Of a DNA stretch of 64,000 bases, positions 40,656 through 50,809 are shown piece after piece. The translations under genes were made by a program, and so were the position numbers. Under the pieces are notes generated by a model. That model did no database searches. It saw nothing but the letters and a program-made list of their open reading frames with translations, and was not told where the DNA came from. Each line of letters begins with the position of its first letter. Position 1 is the stretch's first letter. Source of the DNA: Pirellula staleyi DSM 6068 (GTDB taxonomy: Bacteria > Planctomycetota > Planctomycetia > Pirellulales > Pirellulaceae); NCBI GenBank assembly GCA_945900945.1, contig CAMDKL010000006.1:6990-70989 (forward strand), given 5' to 3'.

Positions 40656-41681
40656 ATGAAATCAGCCGCAGTTGTAAACTACTCACCCGAAAAGCACTCC
40701 GTTGAGATCCGCGAAATCGAGCGCCCTGAGATCGGTGAAGAAGACATTCTTCTCGAAGTCGCTAACGTTGGCGTCTGCGGTAGCGATTTACATCAATGGA
40801 CGGCTGACCATTCTTGGCCTGTCAACTACCCCGTTGTTTTAGGTCACGAATTCGGTGGTACGATTCTCGAAATCGGCAAGCGAGTCGAGGGTTGGCAAGA
40901 AGGAGACCGTGTGGTTAGCGAAACAGCTGCCATCGTTAGCCAGAATAACCCGATGACCCGCCGCGGATTGTACAACCTCGATCCAACCCGAAAAGGATTT
41001 GGCTATGGTGTCAACGGCGCAATGACTCGGTTCGTTCGTGTCCCGGCTCGAATTTTGCATAGCATTCCAGACAACTTGCCATTCGAACAAGCCTGTTTGA
41101 CTGAACCCTGCTGCGTCGCATACAACGCAGTCGTTCGAAACGCTCACATCGAACCAGGCGATCGAATCGTTGTTTTGGGACCGGGTACCATAGGAATCCT
41201 ATGTGCCGCTATGGCGAGACTTTGCGGAGCCCAGGTTGCATTGGTCGGGTTAGAGCCAGACCGGCATCGATTGGAAATTGCAAAGAAATATGGCTGCGAA
41301 GTGATTATTGGGGACGCAAAAGCTTGGGCCACGCAGAGGGATGGGTTGGGTGCTGATGGCATCATTGACGCTGCGGGTGCAAGCATCACGCTCAAAATCG
41401 CATTGGATTTGGTTCGTCCCGCTGGCTGGATCAGCAAGGTAGGTTGGGGGCCCCAGCCGCTCGGGTTCAACATGGATCAACTGGTCCAGAAAAACGTAAC
41501 ACTCCAAGGAAGTTTCAGCCATCATTGGTCGATTTGGGAACGAGTTATAGCGTTGCTCTCATGCGGGCAGTTGGACGTCAAGCCGATTATTGGCGGTGTG
41601 TGGCCGATCGCTGAATGGCACGAGGCATTCGAAAAAATGCATTCAGGAGCAGTCGTCAAATCCGTCTTATGCCCAACATGA
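40656..41681 (+). CDS. Zinc-binding (MDR) alcohol/sugar dehydrogenase
   Basis: GVCGSDLH, GHEFGG, LTEPCCV, GPGTIG; start ATG 40656. Confidence 0.93.
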   Translation: MKSAAVVNYSPEKHSVEIREIERPEIGEEDILLEVANVGVCGSDLHQWTADHSWPVNYPVVLGHEFGGTILEIGKRVEGWQEGDRVVSETAAIVSQNNPMTRRGLYNLDPTRKGFGYGVNGAMTRFVRVPARILHSIPDNLPFEQACLTEPCCVAYNAVVRNAHIEPGDRIVVLGPGTIGILCAAMARLCGAQVALVGLEPDRHRLEIAKKYGCEVIIGDAKAWATQRDGLGADGIIDAAGASITLKIALDLVRPAGWISKVGWGPQPLGFNMDQLVQKNVTLQGSFSHHWSIWERVIALLSCGQLDVKPIIGGVWPIAEWHEAFEKMHSGAVVKSVLCPT

Positions 41682-41766
41682 AACACTCGCTTTATGGATG
41701 CTACTTGATCGATGTCGCATGCGCGCAGTCAGGATCATCGCCAGCGCAGGTCGTCTCAGCATCCTT

Positions 41767-43062
41767 TCATTGCGACCCTGGTAGCTGTGCGGTCGGTATG
41801 TAGGGTTGTAGTTTTTGCATGCCAACATAACTTGGAGCAAACGGGACTGGTGATCGTCGGAGCAAAGCGATCTGACGGCGAATGTTCGAAAGATCTTCTT
41901 GAATCGTTTGGACCACATTGGCTGATCCCTGTAGCTGACCCGATTTTGGTTCGACGGATGCGAGCCGGATTGCCAATTCAGCGCGTTCCACCACGCTTGC
42001 TGTCAAAGCGTCCGACATTTGATTTCGGGCTTCCGCTACTGCGAGTTGGGTAGATAAGGCTGCGTTTCGATTTGCTAGCGATTGAATATGTTCCATCGCC
42101 ATTTGACGCTCATCCATCAACTGGCAAGTCATTTCTAATCGAGTAGACAGATCCGTTTTGGCGACGAGCAAGTCGACAACGGTCGTAACAGGCAAGGAGA
42201 TGTTGACACCGCTCAGCCCGCTGTTTCGCAAAATCGATGCCGCTTCGGTTTCATCGTTTCCATTATTATAGAAAGCGATATCGACTCCTGGAGGTGCAGG
42301 CGGAGCAATTGGGAGTACCAGAATTTGTTCTTCTTCGACTCCTTGGTTGGCACTGGATTCTTCGGTTTTGTCGCAGGCGGAATCGGAAATGGGCTCGTCT
42401 TTGACGTCATAGCACTTGGTTCCTGAACAAATGCGATGGCCGCATAGGATGACTTCGCCAATCAGATCACCGAGTTGAATTCGCGGAATCCGCTCGGTGA
42501 ACCGCATAGGTTTAGCGATTTGCGGGACAGCATTGAGGGAAGCACCGATTGGCTTGTCACTTGAGGGATTTAGTAGATCGAAGTTCCGTTCCGCGAAGAC
42601 GAAATTACCTGTCACTCCCAAATCGCTGTTGACGGAACTGCCAATTGAAAATCGGCCGGTTTGCCCGCCTTGGACATAGACATCTACAGGTACGTCCCTA
42701 ATCTTCGGCGATGTGCCGAAATGAATTGCCACCTCAGCTGATAATTTGGGGCTTTTTGAAAACCAATCGCTAACAAATGCAGCAAAACCAGCATGTGCTG
42801 GCGACATTGCGTGGGCCGTTTCATCGCACGTAGCAACGTTTTCAACCGCGCATTGACTTGCCGAACATTTCCCCGCCTCACAAACTTTTCCTTCACAACA
42901 AACTCCATCGATACACTCGACAGCTAATCCCGCAACCGTTTGGCATTGCTTGCTTTTGCAAGGCAAAGCGGTATCGGCGTCGTCGCTGTAGACCGAGGAT
43001 ACCCCTGCGAAAGTGGCTGCCAACGCAACCATAAAGGATTTGATTTTTGCCCCGGCGTCCAT
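41767..43062 (-). CDS. Hypothetical secreted Cys-rich protein with BamA-like beta-hairpin segment and coiled coil
   Basis: Signal peptide, Cys clusters, GQTGRFSIGSSVNSDLGVTGNFVFAERNFD segment, heptad-rich C-terminus. Confidence 0.75.
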   Translation of the reverse strand: MDAGAKIKSFMVALAATFAGVSSVYSDDADTALPCKSKQCQTVAGLAVECIDGVCCEGKVCEAGKCSASQCAVENVATCDETAHAMSPAHAGFAAFVSDWFSKSPKLSAEVAIHFGTSPKIRDVPVDVYVQGGQTGRFSIGSSVNSDLGVTGNFVFAERNFDLLNPSSDKPIGASLNAVPQIAKPMRFTERIPRIQLGDLIGEVILCGHRICSGTKCYDVKDEPISDSACDKTEESSANQGVEEEQILVLPIAPPAPPGVDIAFYNNGNDETEAASILRNSGLSGVNISLPVTTVVDLLVAKTDLSTRLEMTCQLMDERQMAMEHIQSLANRNAALSTQLAVAEARNQMSDALTASVVERAELAIRLASVEPKSGQLQGSANVVQTIQEDLSNIRRQIALLRRSPVPFAPSYVGMQKLQPYIPTAQLPGSQ

Positions 43063-43283
43063 GCTTGCATCTCCAGAAAAGTCGGTTGACTCAGGAATTT
43101 TGTGTCAGGAAGCAATGTGCTCCCGCTCCTGTCGAAACCTTAGCTATTTTCCAAAAAAGATAAAAGATCGAAATCGAATCGAGATTTCGGTTCAATAACA
43201 GCCTACAAACAAAAGGAACTAAAAGCTATCATCGATTGCTTGGCAATCTAACTTTGAAATTGGACTTCTGCAAACCAAACCTT

Positions 43284-44870
43284 ATGTCATCTGTTCCCAT
43301 GAATCGGACCTCCACCGCCGCAGTTTCCACTGCCGCTCGCCCCGTAGCTGTAGTGGACATTGGAGCGACAAGCGTTCGGATGGCAATTGCCGAAATCGAC
43401 CCGCGTGGAACCGTTCGAATCCTGGAAGAGGTTTCCCAAGCGGTTTCACTTGGGAAAGATACGTTTACGATCCAACGTATTCGTCGCCAAAGCATCGAGG
43501 AATGCGCGGTGGTTTTAAAAAGCTACCGCCGCCTCATGCAAGAGTTCGGCATTTCTCGCCCTGACCAAGTCCGCGTGGTGGCGACCAGTGCAGTTCGCGA
43601 GGCCAGCAATCGCTTGGCGTTTATCGACCGCATGTACATTGCGACCGGTCTAGAAGTCGAATCGTTGGACGAGGCCGAGGTGAATCGTATTACCTACATG
43701 GGTATTCAACCGCTACTACAAGCCAACCCTGCTCTTGCATCTGTCAAAACGATCGTCGTCGAAGTCGGCAGCGGGAGCACGGAGATTTTGGTGGTACGAG
43801 GTGGTAACGTCTTGTTCTCGAACACCTACCGTTTGGGTTCGCTGCGACTGCTTGAGCAAGTTGACAAACTGAATACGTCGCAAGCAAAACAACGTGCCAT
43901 CATTGAAAGCCAAATCCATCGCCTTGTGCACCAAATCTACGAACACGTCGACTCCGACAAACAGATTCAAATGGTTGCAATTGGAGGTGATGTTCGGCTC
44001 GCCGCCGCCAACGTGCCGGGAGCAGAATTCAACAACCAGATTTGCAGCGTCCCGGTCGATGGGCTGATGGAGTTTGCAAAGTTGGTCAGCGCACTAAAAG
44101 AAGAAGACTTGGTCGCACGGTTTGGTTTGACTTACGCTGATGCGGATACGGTTTGGCCTGGGCTCATGAGTTACGTATTGTTAGCAAAAGAATTTCAATG
44201 CCAGCAGATTTACATTGCCGATACCAATTTACGAGATGGACTCCTAAGCGATTTAGCGGTTCGCGATGCTTGGACGGCTGAGTTTCGAAATCAAATCATT
44301 CGTTCCGCCATCAACTTGGGACGCAAACTGGCCTTTGACGAAACGCATGCTCGGCACGTTGCGACCTTGTCTCGCAAGTTATTTTCGGACTTGGTCGAGG
44401 AACATCAGCTTGATCAACGCATGGAACTGGTCCTCTATTTGGCTGCACTGCTGCATGAAATCGGCACTTTTATCAATGCCCGAAGCCATCACAAGCATGC
44501 GATGTATATCATTCGCAACAGCGAGTTGTTTGGACTTTCCGTTCGGGATGTTTTGTTGGTGGCTTTGATTGTTCGATACCATCGTCGTTCCTCTCCACAG
44601 CCAGATCACGAGGGCTACGCAACGCTGGACCGCAACGATCGGGTGGCAGTTGCCAAGCTTGCCGCAATTCTTAGGCTTGCTATTGCATTGGATGAATCGC
44701 GGTCACAACGCATCAGCAATATTCGATGCCGCCGCGACGGAGATCGTCTAACGATTGCGACGCATGGAATCGAAGACGTGTCGCTGGAGCAATTGACGGT
44801 CCGTCAATCGGGTGACCTATTCGAAGAGGTCTTCGGAATGAGCGTATTCCTTCGCAGCGAAACTGGCTAG
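43284..44870 (+). CDS. ppx: Ppx/GppA exopolyphosphatase with HD domain
   Basis: VVDIGATSVRM, VATSAVREASN, VEVGSGSTE, LRDGLL, LLHEIG, HHKH; start ATG 43284. Confidence 0.93.
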   Translation: MSSVPMNRTSTAAVSTAARPVAVVDIGATSVRMAIAEIDPRGTVRILEEVSQAVSLGKDTFTIQRIRRQSIEECAVVLKSYRRLMQEFGISRPDQVRVVATSAVREASNRLAFIDRMYIATGLEVESLDEAEVNRITYMGIQPLLQANPALASVKTIVVEVGSGSTEILVVRGGNVLFSNTYRLGSLRLLEQVDKLNTSQAKQRAIIESQIHRLVHQIYEHVDSDKQIQMVAIGGDVRLAAANVPGAEFNNQICSVPVDGLMEFAKLVSALKEEDLVARFGLTYADADTVWPGLMSYVLLAKEFQCQQIYIADTNLRDGLLSDLAVRDAWTAEFRNQIIRSAINLGRKLAFDETHARHVATLSRKLFSDLVEEHQLDQRMELVLYLAALLHEIGTFINARSHHKHAMYIIRNSELFGLSVRDVLLVALIVRYHRRSSPQPDHEGYATLDRNDRVAVAKLAAILRLAIALDESRSQRISNIRCRRDGDRLTIATHGIEDVSLEQLTVRQSGDLFEEVFGMSVFLRSETG

Positions 44871-44881
44871 CGATAGACCCC

Positions 44882-45394
44882 CTACCGTTTCAGGGGCTTG
44901 TCAGGGGCTTTGTTTTCTTTGCGATAGTCCCATGGAGCGACAGGCGACTCTTTGGCCCAAAGACCTTTCATGGCGTGCTTAGCGGCAGTCTCTGCTTTGG
45001 CAAGTTCTTCGTCTTTGTTATACCGCTTGAAATGCCAGGCCATTCCAGTTTGGATCATCTCCATATTGATGTGCCTGTCTCCAACATAAACCTGGGCCAA
45101 TGGGCGTTCGAAATTGTCTTTGCTTTTCCAATGGATCCGAACCGTTTTATCCTTGAGCATCTTCGAGAGCCCCTCTGTCGATTCCTTACCAAAGTCCTGT
45201 TTGATCTCAGGTGCGTCGATTCCTTCTAACTGGACTTCGTATTCCACGGACTTCGAATCGGTCACCAGGATAGAGTCGCCATCTATGATCCGCGTCACCC
45301 TGCCTTCGACTGTTTCGTCATCAATGGCAGTTGATAGTCCTGAAAAGCAACCCAATAATAACACAAATGCTAGGTCTTTCATGATGGAATTCAT
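44882..45394 (-). CDS. Secreted thermonuclease (SNase) family protein
   Basis: IIDGDSI, LEGIDAPEIKQDFG, GMAWHF, GLWA; ATG overlaps upstream stop (TAATG at 45392-45396). Confidence 0.93.
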   Translation of the reverse strand: MNSIMKDLAFVLLLGCFSGLSTAIDDETVEGRVTRIIDGDSILVTDSKSVEYEVQLEGIDAPEIKQDFGKESTEGLSKMLKDKTVRIHWKSKDNFERPLAQVYVGDRHINMEMIQTGMAWHFKRYNKDEELAKAETAAKHAMKGLWAKESPVAPWDYRKENKAPDKPLKR

Positions 45395-46527
45395 TATCCT
45401 ACATCCGCCCATTGGCGATTCTTTGCACTGGCCAAAACGGCATCGCAAACTTTTTGAGTTTCAAGTGCATCCCGGAACGACGGATGGGCTTGTTCACCCG
45501 TTTCGAGGCTCTTCAGAAAATCGGCGGCTTGGTGGATGAACGAGTGTTCGTAACCAATCTGCAATCCTGGTACCCACCAATTCCCCATGTAAGGTTGATC
45601 ACCATCGGAAACGTGAATGCTCCTCCAACCGCGAACGATCGACTCATCGGCATGATCGAAATACTTGAGCCGATGCAGATCGTGTAGATCCCAAGCGATA
45701 CTAGCGTGTTCGCCATTGATCTCCAGCGTGTACAACGCCTTGTGTCCGCGAGCGTACCGGGTCGATTCGAACAATCCTAAAGAGCCATTGCCGAAATGAC
45801 AAAGGAACGAACAAGCGTCGTCGATACCAACCGGCTGCTTCGTACCTGTCTCGGAGTGCATTCGTTCTTTGACAAAGGTTTCAGTGACCGCCGATACGTC
45901 GACGATAGAACCGTTTAGCCATAGTGCCGTATCGATGCAGTGGGCGAGCAAATCGCCTGTCACGCCGCTACCCGCCGCTTCGACATCCAATCGCCAAGTG
46001 CCCGCGCCACCCTGTGGAACGTCCGCGTTGATGGTCCAGTCCTGCAGAAAATTGGCCCGATAATGAAAGATGCGACCGAGCTTGCCCGAATCGATAATCT
46101 GCTTTGCAAGAGATACCGCCGGGACCCGACGGTAGTTATACCAAACCATATTCGCGACGCCCGCTTTCTCAACCGCTTCACACATCTCTTCGCCTTCGGC
46201 AGCGTTCATTGCCAACGGCTTCTCGCAAAGAATCATCTTGCCAGCCTTCGCAGCAGCGATCGCAATATCCTTGTGAATGTTGTTGGGAGTGCAAATATCG
46301 ACCGCATCAATGTCGTTTCGCTCAAGCAATTTACGCCAATCGGTTTCGATCGATTCATAACCCCAATTGGTGGCGAACGATTGGGCCTTCTCTGCGTTGC
46401 GTGCACACAGGGCCTTCATGATCGGCTTAATTCCACAAGGAAAAAAATGATTCGCTTGAGCGTAGGCATTCGAGTGTGCCTTGCCCATAAACCCATAGCC
46501 GATCATGCCAATGCGTAGTTCTTTCAT
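45394..46527 (-). CDS. Gfo/Idh/MocA oxidoreductase (cytoplasmic)
   Basis: [35 protein letters not shown]; start ATG 46527. Confidence 0.94.
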   Translation of the reverse strand: MKELRIGMIGYGFMGKAHSNAYAQANHFFPCGIKPIMKALCARNAEKAQSFATNWGYESIETDWRKLLERNDIDAVDICTPNNIHKDIAIAAAKAGKMILCEKPLAMNAAEGEEMCEAVEKAGVANMVWYNYRRVPAVSLAKQIIDSGKLGRIFHYRANFLQDWTINADVPQGGAGTWRLDVEAAGSGVTGDLLAHCIDTALWLNGSIVDVSAVTETFVKERMHSETGTKQPVGIDDACSFLCHFGNGSLGLFESTRYARGHKALYTLEINGEHASIAWDLHDLHRLKYFDHADESIVRGWRSIHVSDGDQPYMGNWWVPGLQIGYEHSFIHQAADFLKSLETGEQAHPSFRDALETQKVCDAVLASAKNRQWADVG

Positions 46528-46654
46528 TTGCGTTCCAGCAATCTTATTTAAGAGTGAGTGAGTGGGTCGAAATGTATTGTGGAGGTCTTTATTGTGCAGG
46601 TCTGATTTGTGCACTGCTTCGCCCCGATTATTAATTACCCTTAGCGCGTTTTAA

Positions 46655-46752
46655 TCGATTTCGCTGGCGAAATCAGGCCCGGGGCTAGCGCCCACCGGTT
46701 CACGAAATCGCAAAGTGAATTCCATTTGACTAACGCCTTGCGGCTAATGGTT
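46655..46752 (+). repeat. Family 1 repeat copy
   Basis: ttcgctggcgaaatcaggcccggggctagcgcccaccggttcacgaaatcgcaaag...ctaacgccttgcggctaatg. Confidence 0.85.
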
Positions 46753-46775
46753 GATTTCCCTTTAAATAATCTGAC

Positions 46776-47816
46776 TTAAGTGGTTTCCCATCCGTGAGCC
46801 TCTCGGACGCGGATCATCGTGTCGAGAATGGAGTTCCAGGTTGCTGGATTTTCAAGTGTTGCATTTGGGAACATGCAGCCATCCCAGCAAATGTGCTGAA
46901 TACCGCGTGCGGCGGCATCTTTGAGCCAGTAGCCTGCACATCGAACAATGTCCAGCTTTCCGTTCGGATCGTCTGCAGGACAGTGCTTGCCCGTCTTGTC
47001 GTGAGCGCCCGCGCCGTGCACTTGGCCGTCATTTTGTGCAACGTGAAAATCGATCGTCCAGGGCCTGAGCTTATCCGTCATCTTCTCGTAAGCGGCATAA
47101 AACTCAGCTTCGGTGTATCCAGGCTGAAGCAACGCATATTCCGGTGCGTTGTACCCCATCAAATACAAGTAGGTGTGAGCAAGATCCGCTTGGAATCCCA
47201 GCGACTCAGGCATCCCAACTCCTTCGAGCACGTCCAGCATGTCTTTCCAGCTATGCATTCCGGCCCAACAAATTTCTCCTTCGGCAGCCAGTCGCTGACC
47301 ATGATCTCTGGCAATGGTGGCGGCTTCTTTGAAAGTATCGACAATTGATTGCGTGTTCGCTTTCTTGTCCTGCCGCCACTTTTCTATTCCGAACTCGGCG
47401 CTATCAATGCGGATAACACCGTATTTGGGAACCCCGTGCTTCTCGAAAATCCCCGAGATACGACATGCCATTCGGACAGCCGAAAGGAATTTTTCCTTCG
47501 CGGTGGCGTCACCCATCGCCGAATCTCCTACCGTTCCTGGCCAAACAGGGGCCACGAGAGATCCAACCGAAAATGAATGGCTAGCGATCAAATCCGCAAT
47601 TCGATTGAGCTCTTCATCGCTCGCGTTGGGATCGGTATGCGGGGAGAATAGGAAGTAGTCGATTCCGTCAAATTTTTGGCCGTTGACCGATGCCGCAGCT
47701 GTTAGCTCCAGCATGTGTTCGAGGCTGATCGGCGGTTCTTGGCCAGGGCCATCTCCCTTTCCAACCAAACCGGGCCACATAGCATTGTGAAGTTTTGGAG
47801 AGGACTTATTTGGCAT
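46776..47816 (-). CDS. Sugar phosphate isomerase/epimerase (xylose-isomerase-like TIM barrel)
   Basis: [26 protein letters not shown] metal-ligand pattern. Confidence 0.85.
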   Translation of the reverse strand: MPNKSSPKLHNAMWPGLVGKGDGPGQEPPISLEHMLELTAAASVNGQKFDGIDYFLFSPHTDPNASDEELNRIADLIASHSFSVGSLVAPVWPGTVGDSAMGDATAKEKFLSAVRMACRISGIFEKHGVPKYGVIRIDSAEFGIEKWRQDKKANTQSIVDTFKEAATIARDHGQRLAAEGEICWAGMHSWKDMLDVLEGVGMPESLGFQADLAHTYLYLMGYNAPEYALLQPGYTEAEFYAAYEKMTDKLRPWTIDFHVAQNDGQVHGAGAHDKTGKHCPADDPNGKLDIVRCAGYWLKDAAARGIQHICWDGCMFPNATLENPATWNSILDTMIRVREAHGWETT

Positions 47817-47869
47817 ACTAACTCCGGTGCATATTTTTGTTAAAGATTGGGTTTACTGACTTGTGGTGT

Positions 47870-49135
47870 TTACGATTGGGTTTTCCAAGCACCGTTGAGC
47901 GGCATGTTGGCGTGCGCATCGGGACCGAAGTACCGAAGCCCCACGAGTGGTTCACTGCCGGTGTTTTCGATTTCAACACCACGCGACGAAGCTTCGTGAC
48001 TGATGAACACTTCGTCCTCCGTATTTTGCCCGAATCGAATCATGGCGGGTGTCTGGAGCGCGAGTTTGCCAATGCGTCCTTTGCCTTGTACTGTGATCCA
48101 GCCACTCGCCGCATTGTCCCTAATTAGGCATCGTGCACCTGGCTCGACGGTCAGCTCTTTTGCGCTAAAAAGTTGTTGATTATCAATGGTTCCATATACA
48201 ATCCACTTGTCTGTGTAGCCAACTCCGCTGGTTTGCTGGTCCGTCACAGGTTCAATGTAGTTGCTATCTTTGAAATGGGTATCGACATTCTTGTCCCAGT
48301 CCAGTTGCCCGATTATGAAGTCGAGATCCTGGTGCTTTTCAGGTGGCATGTCTTTGACCAACAACGACCAAGGAACGTATCGTCCCTCGACTATCGATTG
48401 GTACATCCCAAACACATCGCTGCCCCACTGTGGTTCGTAGGTGCATAGAGAGCCTGGTGCATGCAAGACGCCTGGTGGAATCAGCCAGCCGGTGCCTCGT
48501 TTTAGCCGGTACGCTCGCGATAGGTCTAGGATACCGTTATCACCCTTGTTCCAATTTTCCAAACAGCGTCTTAAATCCTGCTTGGTCGTTCCTGGCTCCA
48601 AGCCCATAAACGTATAGGAAAAATTGTTGTCGACATTGTTGTATTGAGGAGGAAAGTAATAACTTTCAGGCTTTCCTTCTTGCCCAACTAACTTTGCATC
48701 TTTTTGCGATTGATGCATGTGATGGGGGATAGGGCCCATATTGTCAAAGAACTTTGAATAGACAGGCCAGCGTGAATACTTTTTATAGATCGAGTCGCCC
48801 ACCAATTGGGTTCCAAGTTCAGCGACAGCATCCTTTAGCAAGAATTTCTGGCCTTCGAACAAACAAAAGCTCAGACCTTCGTGCCATACACGACCTTCGT
48901 TGGCAGCCTCGGTCGTACTAGAGAACCAGCGCTCATCGATTCCGCCTCGATTGGCTCCAAAAGCGTAGAGGTCACCAGGATATAGTTTGATCCGTCGGCC
49001 TGGGTGCAAAAAGCTTCTCGGCACCCATGCAGGAGTCAATCGCAGCAAGCCATCGCCTGCTTCAAGAGCTTGGCCCAAGACTTTTGCCACGTTATCGGAG
49101 GCGATCAAACCATCATCCAAACCTGTTCCAGCCAT
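47870..49135 (-). CDS. Type I phosphomannose-isomerase-like cupin protein
   Basis: PIPHHMHQ, GKPESYYF, VLHAPG: H-x-H...E...H metal-site pattern of the ManA cupin. Confidence 0.72.
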   Translation of the reverse strand: MAGTGLDDGLIASDNVAKVLGQALEAGDGLLRLTPAWVPRSFLHPGRRIKLYPGDLYAFGANRGGIDERWFSSTTEAANEGRVWHEGLSFCLFEGQKFLLKDAVAELGTQLVGDSIYKKYSRWPVYSKFFDNMGPIPHHMHQSQKDAKLVGQEGKPESYYFPPQYNNVDNNFSYTFMGLEPGTTKQDLRRCLENWNKGDNGILDLSRAYRLKRGTGWLIPPGVLHAPGSLCTYEPQWGSDVFGMYQSIVEGRYVPWSLLVKDMPPEKHQDLDFIIGQLDWDKNVDTHFKDSNYIEPVTDQQTSGVGYTDKWIVYGTIDNQQLFSAKELTVEPGARCLIRDNAASGWITVQGKGRIGKLALQTPAMIRFGQNTEDEVFISHEASSRGVEIENTGSEPLVGLRYFGPDAHANMPLNGAWKTQS

Positions 49136-49356
49136 TCAGCAACTCTTTGTTTCGGTATTCGAAAAATTGATGTAGTTTGGGATATTGAGCAGTTGCCCAA
49201 CACATTTTTGGGCGGTGCCAACTCCTCAATCCGAGAATTAAGGCTTTGTTGTATGCCGGAAAGAAGCCCTTTTCAAGGTGCCATGGAATTTCAAAGTGAC
49301 AGAAATGGCTCTAGAAACTTGAACCCAAACCCGATAGTTTAACTTTGAGGTAGCGG

Positions 49357-50622
49357 ATGTCGGAAAATTCGGAAAATTCAAAAAATTCATTCTCCTTTTT
49401 CTATAAAAAAATCTTTCGGAAGAGTGCCTTGTCGCAACAGTCCCAATCGTTTTTTGGAAACACAGAGACACGGAGGGCACAGAGTTATGAACAGCATCAT
49501 TCGATGCTTTCTCTGCGATCTCTGTGCCTCCATGTTTCAAAATTGGTAGTATTCGAATTGCCGCTAGCTTTAGCGATCGGCATCAGCCTGGAATTCTGCG
49601 CTTTCGCAGTTGGACAAGAGCAAGAATTTTACATGCCGCAGAATTTTGAGACCACCGGTCCTCCAGGCAATCCAGTAGAACCAGTCGAGTTGCCCAGGAT
49701 ACGAAGTTTAGGCAAGCTTGTTTCTATCGAAGGAAAAGCTGGCGATCCAGGATCGTTGCGAGTCTTTCGTGATTCCCCAAATGGTGGAACCGATACGGGT
49801 GCCGAGCTAAAATACGATCCAGAATCCAATTCCGATCTGAAGTTGCCTCCTTTGTCGTATTTTTCCCAAGAACCCTACTTGAATTATCGATCGGCTGAGC
49901 GATCGCTTAGCTATTTGCCAGGAGACGGTGATCAGTTTGGATGGCTGTCGCTGGAATCGGCACCGTATGTTGAACGCGGAGCCAAATCGGGAATAACAAC
50001 CTCTGTCAATATGCATTTGTTGTCGGGCCCTAATACCGTTCCACTCCCGCCACGATTATATGATTTTTCGTTGGGTTACCAAAAGCGAGGCCGGATCAAG
50101 GACTTCATGAGTTACGACTTGGCGACCAGCATTGGCGTTTTTAGCGATTTCGAAGACAGCGCCACGGACGGCGTTCGGTTTCCCGGACACGCTACCGGGA
50201 TGCTTCATTTTAAGCCGGAGTTGGATGTCGTATTTGGCATCGACTACCTAAGTCGTGACGACATCAAAATGTTGCCGGTCGGGGGAATATCATGGCGCCC
50301 ACTATCGATGCCGGACCTACGGTTCGATCTCGTTTTTCCTCGCCCACGCATTGATTATACGATCGACAATCAGTCCAAGATCTATTGGGCTGGTCGATTG
50401 GGTGGTGGCACTTGGGATATCGAGTTTCCAAACAACGATAATGATGTGATCACTTACCGCGACTTGCAATTGCTGTTGGGTTTTGAGCGAAGAAACTCAG
50501 ATGGCGATCTGTCCTCTCTGGAAATCGGCTACGTCTTTGATCGAAGAATTGAATTTCGAACGCTCACGCAGACTTCTGAATTTGATAATGCGTTCGTGTT
50601 GCGTTTTGTAACGCGGAAATAG
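49357..50622 (+). CDS. Probable outer-membrane beta-barrel protein (DUF6268-like); true start downstream of 49540
   Basis: LPPRLYDFSLGY, GVFSDFE, GIDYLSRDDIKMLPVGG, alternating aromatic strands; ORF N-terminus runs through repeat DNA. Confidence 0.65.
   Translation: MSENSENSKNSFSFFYKKIFRKSALSQQSQSFFGNTETRRAQSYEQHHSMLSLRSLCLHVSKLVVFELPLALAIGISLEFCAFAVGQEQEFYMPQNFETTGPPGNPVEPVELPRIRSLGKLVSIEGKAGDPGSLRVFRDSPNGGTDTGAELKYDPESNSDLKLPPLSYFSQEPYLNYRSAERSLSYLPGDGDQFGWLSLESAPYVERGAKSGITTSVNMHLLSGPNTVPLPPRLYDFSLGYQKRGRIKDFMSYDLATSIGVFSDFEDSATDGVRFPGHATGMLHFKPELDVVFGIDYLSRDDIKMLPVGGISWRPLSMPDLRFDLVFPRPRIDYTIDNQSKIYWAGRLGGGTWDIEFPNNDNDVITYRDLQLLLGFERRNSDGDLSSLEIGYVFDRRIEFRTLTQTSEFDNAFVLRFVTRK
49457..49538. 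repeat. Intergenic inverted-repeat element built from CAC(A/G)GAG 9-mers
   Basis: gaaacacagagacacggagggcacagag ... ctctgcgatctctgtgcctccatgtttc, with inner hairpin agcatc-attc-gatgct. Confidence 0.75.
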
Positions 50623-50809
50623 GCGCATCAACTATCGCGTTCAGAAAACCGGAAATAGCCAATCACCAACCGATGTGAAAAGGCGCAGATTCGCACCCGA
50701 TTTCCGTTAGACCGACATGGCCAAGGGTTCAAAGCTTTGGCCACGGAAATACTGCGGCGATTTAGATTAGCACCGCCATGCCACTCCAAACGATAAGACT
50801 GTCAAAATA

